Assembly: GCA_945900775.1 (NCBI GenBank)
Contig: CAMDJP010000005.1
Coordinates: forward strand, 20,167 to 84,166
Direction: 5' to 3'
Length of the DNA: 64,000 bases
Source: Akkermansia muciniphila
GTDB taxonomy: Bacteria > Verrucomicrobiota > Verrucomicrobiia > Limisphaerales > SIAT01
Shown piece after piece: positions 19,014-28,000 of the stretch. Position numbers and translations under genes: made by a program. The number at the start of each line of letters is the position of its first letter. Position 1 is the stretch's first letter. The notes beneath the pieces are model-generated. The model was not told the DNA's origin. It saw only the letters and a list, made by a program, of their open reading frames with translations, and made no database searches.

Positions 19014-19991
19014 TTATTTCTCTACGGTCACGTCTCCGCCGATAATCCGCTCGAGGCGGCCGTGCTCTGTCCGCAGGAGAAGCGCGCCGCTTTCGTCGAG
19101 CGCCTCGGCCCGTCCGCGGAGCGCGCGGTCGCCGAGTCGGACGCTGACAAGTTGGCCGAGCGTCGTACAGCGTTGCTCCCATTCGTCGGCGACATCAGTG
19201 AAGCGGCCGTGGAGGACGCGTGCGTACTCGCGATCCAGTTCCTGAAGGATGGCCACCGCGAGTTCAGCGCGGTGAATGGTGCATCCGGCGGCGATGCGGA
19301 GCGACGTGGCGATTTTGCGCAAGTCGCTGGGGAACTCGTTGAGGGCTAAGTTCACGTCCACCCCGATGCCGAGGATGACATACTTCACATGGTCGAGTTC
19401 CGCGCTCAGTTCAGTAAGGATGCCGCAGACCTTTTTGCCGCCAATCATCAGATCATTTGGCCACTTAATCTCGGGTGTAACGCCCGTCTGCTCCTCAATG
19501 GCGCGGGCCATCGCTGTCGCGGCGGCCACTGTGAGTTGAGTGACCTCCTGCGGGCGCAGATTGGGCCGCAGGAGGATGGAGAACCAAAGCCCTTTACCCG
19601 CGGGTGAAAGCCATTGGCGTCCGAGACGGCCGCGCCCTTTGCTTTGCGCCTCGGCGAAGACGACAACTCCCTCGCCAACGCCGTCGCGCGCGAGTTTCTC
19701 GACGATGTCGTTGGTCGAACTGGTCTCTTGGAAAACGCGGATGTCTCGGCCGATAACGCCGATGGGCCCGAGGCGCGCCGACAGGTCGTCGGCGAGTAAA
19801 CGGTCGGGTGCAGTGACAAGCCGATAGCCTTGGTGAGGGCTCGCTTCGATCTCGAAACCGGCCATGCGAAGGTCTTCGATGTGGGCCCAAATCGCGGCGC
19901 GGCTCATGCCAAGGCGTTGCGCGAGGTCCGCGCCAGAAACTCCATCCTGCTGGCGCAGAGCGGCGAGGATTTGGGCGGCGGGACTCATCAC
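19014..19991 (-). CDS. birA: Bifunctional biotin--[acetyl-CoA-carboxylase] ligase / biotin operon repressor
   Basis: 325 aa. N-terminal HTH (SGADLAQRLGMSRAAIWAHIEDLR), the ligase core GRGRLGRQW, and KWPNDL. The stop abuts the coaX start. Confidence 0.9.
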   Translation of the reverse strand: MMSPAAQILAALRQQDGVSGADLAQRLGMSRAAIWAHIEDLRMAGFEIEASPHQGYRLVTAPDRLLADDLSARLGPIGVIGRDIRVFQETSSTNDIVEKLARDGVGEGVVVFAEAQSKGRGRLGRQWLSPAGKGLWFSILLRPNLRPQEVTQLTVAAATAMARAIEEQTGVTPEIKWPNDLMIGGKKVCGILTELSAELDHVKYVILGIGVDVNLALNEFPSDLRKIATSLRIAAGCTIHRAELAVAILQELDREYARVLHGRFTDVADEWEQRCTTLGQLVSVRLGDRALRGRAEALDESGALLLRTEHGRLERIIGGDVTVEK

Positions 19992-19995
19992 TCGG

Positions 19996-20880
19996 TCAAT
20001 CGTGCTCGAAGTCTAGCGCGATGTCCACCGAGCGCGCGGAGTGCGTGAGTGCGCCGATGGAGATGTAGTCCACGCCTGTCTTCGCAATGGCACTGACGTT
20101 CTGGAGAGTGACGCCGCCACTCGCCTCAGTGCGAGCCTTCCCGCCGATGAGGGCGACCGCCTGACGCAGCAATGCCGGCGCCATATTATCGAGCAGGATG
20201 ATATCGGCCCCAGCCTCGAGCGCCTGCGTCGCCTGCTCGAGCGTGTCGACTTCCACCTCCACTTCCAAATGCGGGAACTGTTCGCGCGCCTTCAAAATGG
20301 CCGCGGCAACGGCGTTGGGCAGCGCATCCTTCAGCGCGACGAGATGATTATCCTTAATCAGAATCTGGTCATAAAGGCCGGTGCGATGGTTCGCGCCTCC
20401 GCCGCACGCCACCGCGTACTTCTCGAAGTGTCGAAGACCCGGGGTGGTCTTGCGCGTGTCGAGAATCTTCGCACGCGTATCGCGAATGGCCTCCACGAAT
20501 TGCGCGGTGAGCGTCGCGATGCCCGAGAGCCGCTGCACGAAGTTCAGGGCGACGCGTTCAGCCGTGAGGAGCGCGCGCGTTGAACCCTGCGCACGGAGGA
20601 GAACGGTCCCTTTGTCGGCCCGCTTGCCGTCGTCCAGCAACCGCTGCAGCTTCATCTCGGGCGCAAGTTCGCGGAAGACCGCCTCCGCCAGCGCCAGCCC
20701 GCATACAAAGAGTGGCTCGCGCGCGACCATCACGGCCCGGGCGGTGGACTCCGCCGGAATCGTCGCCTGCGTGGTCGCATCACCGGAACCGATGTCCTCG
20801 GCCAGCGCCGCCTGCACCGCGTGGCGGACGTTCTCGCTCGTGAGCACTTCCATAGAGACAACTTGCCGCAGCCGCGGCAA
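19996..20880 (-). CDS. nadC: Nicotinate-nucleotide pyrophosphorylase (carboxylating)
   Basis: 294 aa. Conserved TAERVALNFVQRLSGIAT, DTRKTTPGLR, KDNH and ILLDNM blocks. Confidence 0.9.
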   Translation of the reverse strand: MPRLRQVVSMEVLTSENVRHAVQAALAEDIGSGDATTQATIPAESTARAVMVAREPLFVCGLALAEAVFRELAPEMKLQRLLDDGKRADKGTVLLRAQGSTRALLTAERVALNFVQRLSGIATLTAQFVEAIRDTRAKILDTRKTTPGLRHFEKYAVACGGGANHRTGLYDQILIKDNHLVALKDALPNAVAAAILKAREQFPHLEVEVEVDTLEQATQALEAGADIILLDNMAPALLRQAVALIGGKARTEASGGVTLQNVSAIAKTGVDYISIGALTHSARSVDIALDFEHD

Positions 20881-20934
20881 CGGATGAAGTAAAAACCGCT
20901 TCCAGTATGCGGGGTCCTGCGTCTAAATGAACCG

Positions 20935-21666
20935 ATGAAACGTATCCTGTCGGCTCCGCTCGCGGTTATCCCTGCCGTTCTCGCCTTGGTTTTCCTCGCG
21001 CTGACCGCGCCATCGCACGCGCAGGCTCCGGCTGTGGAATCCAAGCCTGCGGCTGTCGAATCTTCGACCCCGACAGGGCCTGCCAAATGGGAGAAGGACA
21101 TCGCGGCTTTTGAGGCGAGTGATAAGACGAATCCGCCGCCGAAGAGCGCGATTTTTTTCATCGGCAGCTCGAGTATCCGGCTCTGGAAGACGCTGACGAA
21201 CGATTTCCCGGAGCATCCGGTAATCAACCGCGGCTTTGGCGGATCGCAGGTTTCCGATTCAATCGAGTTCGCCTATCGCATTGTACTCCCCCACGAGCCG
21301 CGGCTCATCGTGATGTACGCCGGGGTCAACGACATCAACGCGAAGAAATCGCCCGAGCAGGTGTTGGCGAACTTCAAGACGTTCGTCGGAAAGATCCGCG
21401 CGAAGCTCCCGAAGACGAGGATTGCCTTCATATCAATCGCGGGCAACCCGGCGCGCTGGAACCAGATTGATCAGGTGCGGGCCGCGAACAAGCTCGTCGC
21501 CGACTATTGCAAACAGGGCAACAACCTCGATTACATCGATACCCATTCGCAGATGCTCGGGGCCGACGGCCAGCCTCTGCCGGACATCTTTGTGGCCGAC
21601 CGGTTGCATATGAACGAGAAGGGCTACGACATCTGGAAGCGCGTCGTTGCGCCGTATCTGAAGTAG
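20935..21666 (+). CDS. Secreted SGNH/GDSL-family hydrolase
   Basis: 243 aa. Signal peptide (MKRILSAPLAVIPAVLALVFLALTAPSHAQA) and SGNH blocks: FFIGSSSI (block I), GFGGSQ (II), YAGVNDI (III), DRLHMN (V). Confidence 0.8.
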   Translation: MKRILSAPLAVIPAVLALVFLALTAPSHAQAPAVESKPAAVESSTPTGPAKWEKDIAAFEASDKTNPPPKSAIFFIGSSSIRLWKTLTNDFPEHPVINRGFGGSQVSDSIEFAYRIVLPHEPRLIVMYAGVNDINAKKSPEQVLANFKTFVGKIRAKLPKTRIAFISIAGNPARWNQIDQVRAANKLVADYCKQGNNLDYIDTHSQMLGADGQPLPDIFVADRLHMNEKGYDIWKRVVAPYLK

Positions 21667-21748
21667 TGCGTGGCATTCGAAGCGCCTTCCCTGCGGCAGG
21701 CCTCAGATTCTTGCTGAATTTGCCTCCGCCATTTGGCATCATATCCCC

Positions 21749-22705
21749 ATGGCTAATATTCTGAAACGCCCCGAGGGTTGGATCCCTGAGCGGCTCGTCA
21801 CGCCTGAGGCCGCCTACCGTGAACGGCGCCGGTTCCTCAAGCAGATGGGCCTCGCCGGAGCCGGTCTGCTCGCCGCGCAGGGTCTTATGGCCGACGACGC
21901 GAAGGCTCCTGCGAAGCCCGCGACGAAGAAGTACCCCGCCAAGCGGAATCCTGAGTACGACCCGAAGCTGAACCTGAGCGACGAGCGTTTCGTGGCGACG
22001 TATAACAACTATTACGAGTTCAGCACGCAGAAGGAGCTCGTCCACCGGCTCGCGAGCAACTTGACCATCGACCCGTGGGCAATCGAAATCGACGGTCTTG
22101 TCGAGAAGCCACTCAAGCTGGACGTCCGGGAATTGATTGAGATGTTCGACCTCGAAGAGCGCGTCTGCCGCTTCCGTTGCGTCGAGGCGTGGGGGATGAT
22201 TGTCCCGTGGACCGGTTTTCCTCTCGCGAAGCTCCTCGAGAAAGTGCAACCCAAGGCCGAGGCGAAGTTTGTCAAATTTCAAACCGCGCTTCGTCCGAAC
22301 GAGATGCCTGGCGTGGCGCGCCTGCGGGCATACCCGTGGCCCTACACGGAGGGTTTGAGAATCGATGAAGCGATGCACCCGCTCAGTTTCGTGGCCACCG
22401 GTCTCTACGGGAAACCGATTTTCCGCCAGAACGGCGCGCCCATTCGGCTCGTTGTGCCATGGAAGTACGGTTACAAAAGTATCAAGTCCATCGTGAAAAT
22501 CGAGATCACGCGTGAGCAGCCAAAGACCCTCTGGGAAACGCTCTCGCCGGAGGAGTACCCTTTTGAGTCCAACGTGAATCCCGCCCTGCCGCACCCGCGG
22601 TGGAGCCAGGCTTTCGAGCGGATGATTGATACCGGAGAGCGTGTCCGCACTCTTCCCTACGCCGGCTACGGCGACCAGGTCGCCAAGCTCTACAAGAAGG
22701 ACTGA
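21749..22705 (+). CDS. msrP: Protein-methionine-sulfoxide reductase catalytic subunit MsrP (YedY-type molybdopterin oxidoreductase)
   Basis: 318 aa. Tat signal (RERRRFLKQMGLAGAGLLAA), a YNNYYEF motif, the active-site Cys region RFRCVEAWGMIVPWTGF, and the C-terminal HPRWSQA block. Confidence 0.85.
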   Translation: MANILKRPEGWIPERLVTPEAAYRERRRFLKQMGLAGAGLLAAQGLMADDAKAPAKPATKKYPAKRNPEYDPKLNLSDERFVATYNNYYEFSTQKELVHRLASNLTIDPWAIEIDGLVEKPLKLDVRELIEMFDLEERVCRFRCVEAWGMIVPWTGFPLAKLLEKVQPKAEAKFVKFQTALRPNEMPGVARLRAYPWPYTEGLRIDEAMHPLSFVATGLYGKPIFRQNGAPIRLVVPWKYGYKSIKSIVKIEITREQPKTLWETLSPEEYPFESNVNPALPHPRWSQAFERMIDTGERVRTLPYAGYGDQVAKLYKKD

Positions 22706-22796
22706 GGAGCGCGCGACGACCGCGTTGATTCGGCTGGAAGGCGTTCAGCGAAAGCGGGGGTTGAAAAGTCTCGACGATTCTTCCACTCTCGGTTTC

Positions 22797-23321
22797 GTGC
22801 GTTTAGATTTTCTCATCCTCGCCTTCGTTTTTGTTGTGCTGGGTTGTGATAAGCCTTCGTCCACACCGGCTTCCGTTGCCGCATCGAGCGCGGTTGCCGC
22901 TGAGGCCATTAATGAGCCCCAGCCGAAGTTGCCCACGCTCAAGCTTTGGATTGGCGCGCAGGAGATGGTGACCGAAATCGCTCGCACGCTGATGGAACAT
23001 GAGCGCGGGATGATGTTCCGCAAGCAGATGGGTGAGCAGGAAGGGATGATTTTCATTTTCCCGCAGCCCAAGCGCACGGCCTTCTGGATGAAGAACACGC
23101 GAGTGCCGCTCACCGCAGCCTATATCGACAGCAATGGTATCCTGCTCGAGTTGCATGAACTCAAACCGTTCGACGAGACACCTGCGACAGCCGCGAGCGA
23201 CAAAGTGCGCTATGTGCTCGAGGTGCCGCAGGGCTGGTTCGTGCGCCACAAACTCGGTGTCGGCACGATCATCCGCACCGAGCGTGGTTCTCTGGAGGAA
23301 ACCTTTTTCGGAACCCGGTGA
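22797..23321 (+). CDS. DUF192 family protein, probable lipoprotein
   Basis: The DUF192 core (ERGMMFRKQM...GMIFIFPQP...FWMKNTRVPLTAAYID...YVLEVPQGWF) is clear. Start set at GTG 22797, giving a lipobox-like N-terminus (...FVFVVLGC). The listed start at 22626 would overlap msrP by 80 nt, so the start remains uncertain. Confidence 0.65.
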   Translation: MRLDFLILAFVFVVLGCDKPSSTPASVAASSAVAAEAINEPQPKLPTLKLWIGAQEMVTEIARTLMEHERGMMFRKQMGEQEGMIFIFPQPKRTAFWMKNTRVPLTAAYIDSNGILLELHELKPFDETPATAASDKVRYVLEVPQGWFVRHKLGVGTIIRTERGSLEETFFGTR

Positions 23322-24958
23322 AACTCGGACTCGCTCAGATTAATACCACTGTCGGCGACCTCGCGGGGAACGAGGTGCGCATTCTCGACGCCTACCGACG
23401 CGGCGCAGTGGCTGGCGCGGAGCTCGTCGTTTTTCCCGAGTTAGCGATTACCGGCTATCCACCACGCGATTTGCTGCTCAAGAGCGGATTCATCGCCGGT
23501 AACCTCGCTGTGCTCGACCGTCTGGCATCGGCGACGGGCAAGGTCGGTCTTGTCGTCGGTTTTGTGGGTGAAAACCAAAAGAGACCTGGACGTGAAGCGA
23601 CGAATTCGGTCGTGCTGTTGCAGCACGGGAAGATTATTGCCGTTCGGTCGAAGATGTTGCTGCCGACCTACGACGTGTTTGACGAAGACCGCTACTTCGA
23701 ACCAGCCGAATCGAATGCGCCGATCGAATTCAACGGCCGCAGCATCGGCCTGACGGTCTGCGAGGATTTTTGGAACGACGAGGATTTCTGGCGTGACCGG
23801 CGTTACCGATACAACCCGGCGACGGAGTTGGTTGCTGCTGGCGTGGAATTGCTCATCAACGTCTCGGCCTCCCCGTGGCACATCGGCAAGGACGCCACAC
23901 GCGAAGCGATGCTTGTTAGCCTGGCGTCGAAGACTCAGCGGCCGATTGTGTATTGTAACCTTGTCGGTGGGAACGACGAGTTAGTATTTGATGGGGCCAG
24001 TCTGGCGATTGATGCGACTGGCCGCGTGGCTGCGCGCGGGAAATCGTTCGAGGAAGATTTGGTGCTGCTGGAAACCGACGCGCTGCAGGCGATTCCGTCA
24101 GAGGTGCTGCCGGATGAGGAGCGGTTGTACAAGGCGCTCGTGCTCGGCACGCGCGATTACTTCCACAAGTGCGGTTTCAAGTCCGCCGTGCTCGGGTTGA
24201 GCGGCGGTATTGATTCCGCGGTCGTTGCCTGTCTCGCCGTCGCCGCGTTGGGTGCGGAAAACGTGCGTGGGATCTCGATGCCCTCGCAGTTCTCCTCGCA
24301 GGGCAGTCTCGATGACGCACGCATTTTGGCCGAGCGACTTGGGATTCGTTGCGACGTCGTGCCGATTCAAAGCGCCTTCACTACGCTAAAGGGAGAGTTA
24401 AAAAATCTCTTCGCTGGCCGGCCAGAGGACACAGCTGAGGAAAATATTCAGGCCCGTCTGCGCGGCGTGATCTTGATGGCGCTTTCGAACAAGTTTGGCT
24501 CGCTCGTGCTGACCACTGGCAACAAAAGCGAGTTGGCCGTCGGCTACTGCACGTTGTACGGCGACATGTGCGGCGGACTCGCTGTCATTAGCGACGTCCC
24601 CAAGACGATGGTCTATCGCCTCGCGAAATGGATTAATCGCGCACGCGAGATCATTCCATCCTCTTCCATCACCAAGCCACCGTCGGCCGAGCTGCGCTCG
24701 AATCAGACGGATCAAGATTCGCTGCCCACCTACGACCTGCTCGACGCTATCCTCGAGGAGTACGTCGTAAAGCAGCGCTCCGCGGCGGAGATTGTTCACG
24801 CTGGTTTCGACCTTGCGACGGTGCGCCACGTAGTGCGATTGATCGACCAGAACGAATACAAACGCCGACAAGCCGCCCCAGGCTTGAAGGTGACGACCAA
24901 GGCCTTCGGCGTCGGTCGGCGCATTCCGATAGCCCAGCGGTTTCGGGAAAGTATCTGA
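23318..24958 (+). CDS. nadE: Glutamine-dependent NAD+ synthetase (nitrilase-like domain + NAD synthetase domain)
   Basis: 546 aa. N-terminal CN-hydrolase domain (VVFPELAITGYPPRD, LTVCEDFW) and a C-terminal PP-loop (VLGLSGGIDSAV). The GTG start overlaps the DUF192 stop (GTGA). Confidence 0.9.
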   Translation: MKLGLAQINTTVGDLAGNEVRILDAYRRGAVAGAELVVFPELAITGYPPRDLLLKSGFIAGNLAVLDRLASATGKVGLVVGFVGENQKRPGREATNSVVLLQHGKIIAVRSKMLLPTYDVFDEDRYFEPAESNAPIEFNGRSIGLTVCEDFWNDEDFWRDRRYRYNPATELVAAGVELLINVSASPWHIGKDATREAMLVSLASKTQRPIVYCNLVGGNDELVFDGASLAIDATGRVAARGKSFEEDLVLLETDALQAIPSEVLPDEERLYKALVLGTRDYFHKCGFKSAVLGLSGGIDSAVVACLAVAALGAENVRGISMPSQFSSQGSLDDARILAERLGIRCDVVPIQSAFTTLKGELKNLFAGRPEDTAEENIQARLRGVILMALSNKFGSLVLTTGNKSELAVGYCTLYGDMCGGLAVISDVPKTMVYRLAKWINRAREIIPSSSITKPPSAELRSNQTDQDSLPTYDLLDAILEEYVVKQRSAAEIVHAGFDLATVRHVVRLIDQNEYKRRQAAPGLKVTTKAFGVGRRIPIAQRFRESI

Positions 24959-25067
24959 GTTGTAGTCGATAGGTGGATGCGTCTTGAAACCACATCTAAT
25001 TGTGGTTGTGAATAAGTGACACCACAAAATACTTGATAGGTCGGCTTCAGAAGGTACTTTCGACCCA

Positions 25068-28000
25068 ATGAGTTTTAGGGAAAAACTGGTTGGCCTCTTG
25101 CTGCTTTTCGGTGCTGCGGTGGCCCTATTCTTTTTCGGAAACTCGTCCAAGCAACAATCTTCGCAGCCACCGCAAGCGTCGCTCCGTTCCAAGCCTCTTT
25201 TTACCTCGCGCGCGAAATCCACCACATCGCAGCCGGGCGAGCAAACCGGCTTCGCGACTTCCGCTATTTTTGAAGTGCCTCGGCTGCCACGCCGTGCGAT
25301 GGCGGCGCGGATGAATGTCCCGCCGCGTCCAATTAGTCTGCAGGCCGCGGCAATCGAACGTATCACGTTTGGAACGCGTTGGGGGCGCGAGCAGCAGCCA
25401 GAGTTGCTAGCTTTTTCGAACTGGGCGGAGCGTTACGTGCGCGCAGCAACGCCTGAGCACCGGGTTGCGTTGGAGAAGGACGGCTTGGCATTGGCTAGGC
25501 CACGCCGTGAGGTGATCGCCTCGTTAATCCGGAAAAATCCCCGAGAGGCGATTGCAGCGGCTGTGCCGGTTTCCATCCGGCAACAGTTGCCTGCGCCGAT
25601 TGAGGCACAACTTGAGCGGCGTGTTGGTGGCGTCGGAAAGATTTCAGTGAATGGCCTTGTTCCCGATGAGAAAGGGCCATCGCCGGAGCCGATCATCCGC
25701 ATCGCGGTGGTGAACGGTGAGGAGTTCCGCGCTTACGCCTATGGCCAGCGCGCTCAGCAGGGAACGCGCCAAGAGATTTCAATCCAAGGCATCGCGGTAG
25801 ACCGCTCCCTCGCGGTGCTCGACAGCCCCGTGCGTGCGTTGGACTTTAGCGAACGTCCCGCGGACGCTCAGAAAATCACAACCATTGCAGTCGAAAAACA
25901 ATCCGTCCCAGTGACCAAAGCGGCTCCTTCCGTGGTGGTGAGTGCGAGCGGTTCGGTCAACGCATCTGCGATTATCAGGGTGACGCAGAAGCCGGCGCCA
26001 TTGTCGCTTACGAGTGGGTCTCCGGCGTTCAATGTCGAGAAAGTCACTGCCTTGCAGTATGGCAATACGATTGCCATTGCTACTGCGCCAGACCAAGTGC
26101 CGAAGATTGCGGAGAGCTTGGCGCAGATTGAGCGGGCGGCGGGAACCGCGAAACCAGTCCTCACCCTGGGCAATACACCCGTGACGGTCAATCCCGAGGC
26201 TGAGTACACAGAGTTTCCTGCGCTGGAATGGACTCATGGAGTGAAGCGACTCCTCTTAATCCGCGTGGATTTCCCCGACCGCCGGGGACAACCGATTGCT
26301 GGTGGCAAAAAAGTGGACGCGTTTTTTGCGTCGAAGGTTGTCGCTGAGGTTAGCGCTTTTTATCATCAAAACTCCTATGCAAAAACATCGTTGAGCCTGC
26401 AGGCGAGTGATGTGACGCCAGTCTTCACTTTGCCGAAGACGGCCGACTACTACGCCATCAATGAACTGAACGACACGCTGCACAGCGATGCGCAGAACCT
26501 CGCGGCGGCTGGCGGCTACAATCTCGACGATTACGACCGCATCGCGGTGATTTTTTCTTCGCTGGGCCGCATCCGTTTCTCGAAGATCACCTACGGCGGC
26601 CTCGCCAACGTGGGAGCCAACCGTCTTTGGTTCAATGGTAAGTTCGATTTCGGCGTTGTCGCCCACGAGTTGGGCCACACGTACGGCGTGCATCACGCGA
26701 ATCTCTGGCGCACGACCGATCAGTCGGTGATTGGTCGCGGCAGCAGCCTGGAATACGGCGACCTGTTCGACATCATGGGTGATAGTTGGTCGGCCAACTC
26801 CGCATATCACTTCAACCACTACTTTAAAAACGTGCTCGGCTGGATTTCTGAGGAGGCGGTTGCCACGGCGACCGAGTCGGGAGTCTATCGTGTGTATCGT
26901 TTCGACACTGCTGTGGCGGATCCGACGCTACCGCTTGCCTTGCGGATACCGCGCATGAATCGTGATAACGATTACTGGATTGGTTATCGGAAGCTTTTCC
27001 CACAGCTCCAGGATTCGGCCTGCGTGCTTTGGGCGCAGCGTTTCAACAACGACAGCAATCTATTGGACATGACCACGCCGGGCTACAACCCGCGCGACGC
27101 TGGCTTGCTTCCAGAGCAGATTTTCACGGATAACTCGTCCTCCATCAGCTTCAAAAATCTCAAGTCCGGTGTAGATGAGCAGGGGCGCGAGTATCTCGAT
27201 ATTGAAGTCACGATGATCGCTGTGCCTCTCTTTGCGGCGCAGCCGGAGATGAACCAGACCGCCACCGCCGGCGGGACCATCACGTTGGTGACCAGTCTGC
27301 AGAGCGAGGGTCGCGTTGCCTATCAGTGGCAGAAGGACGGTGTGGATATCGTCGGTTCCAGCAGGATTAGCGGCACATCGACGGGGACGCTTGTGATTCG
27401 CGGAGCGCAAGTGAGTGATACAGGTCGTTACACGCTCAAGGTCATTTATATGGGCGGTGTGGTCTTGAGCGACGATGCAATGGTTGAAATTACCTCAAGC
27501 ACGCAGCCAGGAAGGGTCGCGTGGTTGCGCCAGTCCGGCGGCAGCGGAGACTACATCAACTACGGTAACGCTGTGGCGGTCGACAAATCGGGCAACGTCT
27601 TTGTCGTCGGCGACTTCACGGGGGAGGCGATTTTCGGAGATGTTACGCTCACCAGCTCGGGTGAGACGGATCTCTTTTTGGCGAAGTACGATCAAAATGG
27701 CACGCTGCAATGGGCGAGACGTGCAGGCGGCCCGGGTGTGGACGCTGGCAATCACGTGGCTGTCGACGCTGCGGGTAACGCGCACATCACCGGCTGGTTC
27801 CGTGATTCGGCGACGTTTGGGAATGTCACGCTCACCAATGTGGGCGAGTACACTGCCTTCGTCGCGCGCTACGATACGAATGGCAACCTGCGCTGGGCAA
27901 TCCGCCCTGATGTCAGCCAATACAGCTACGGCAGTAGTGTGGCGGTGGATTCCGTCGGCAACGTCATTTTTGGCGGCACCTACGAAGGCACGATGCGCTT

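Noticed and set aside
21428-22594. 388-aa minus-strand ORF covering the msrP region.
   Set aside because: It is antisense to a clearly recognisable MsrP with a Tat signal. Its composition is low-complexity and Arg/Leu/Gly-rich, with no motifs.
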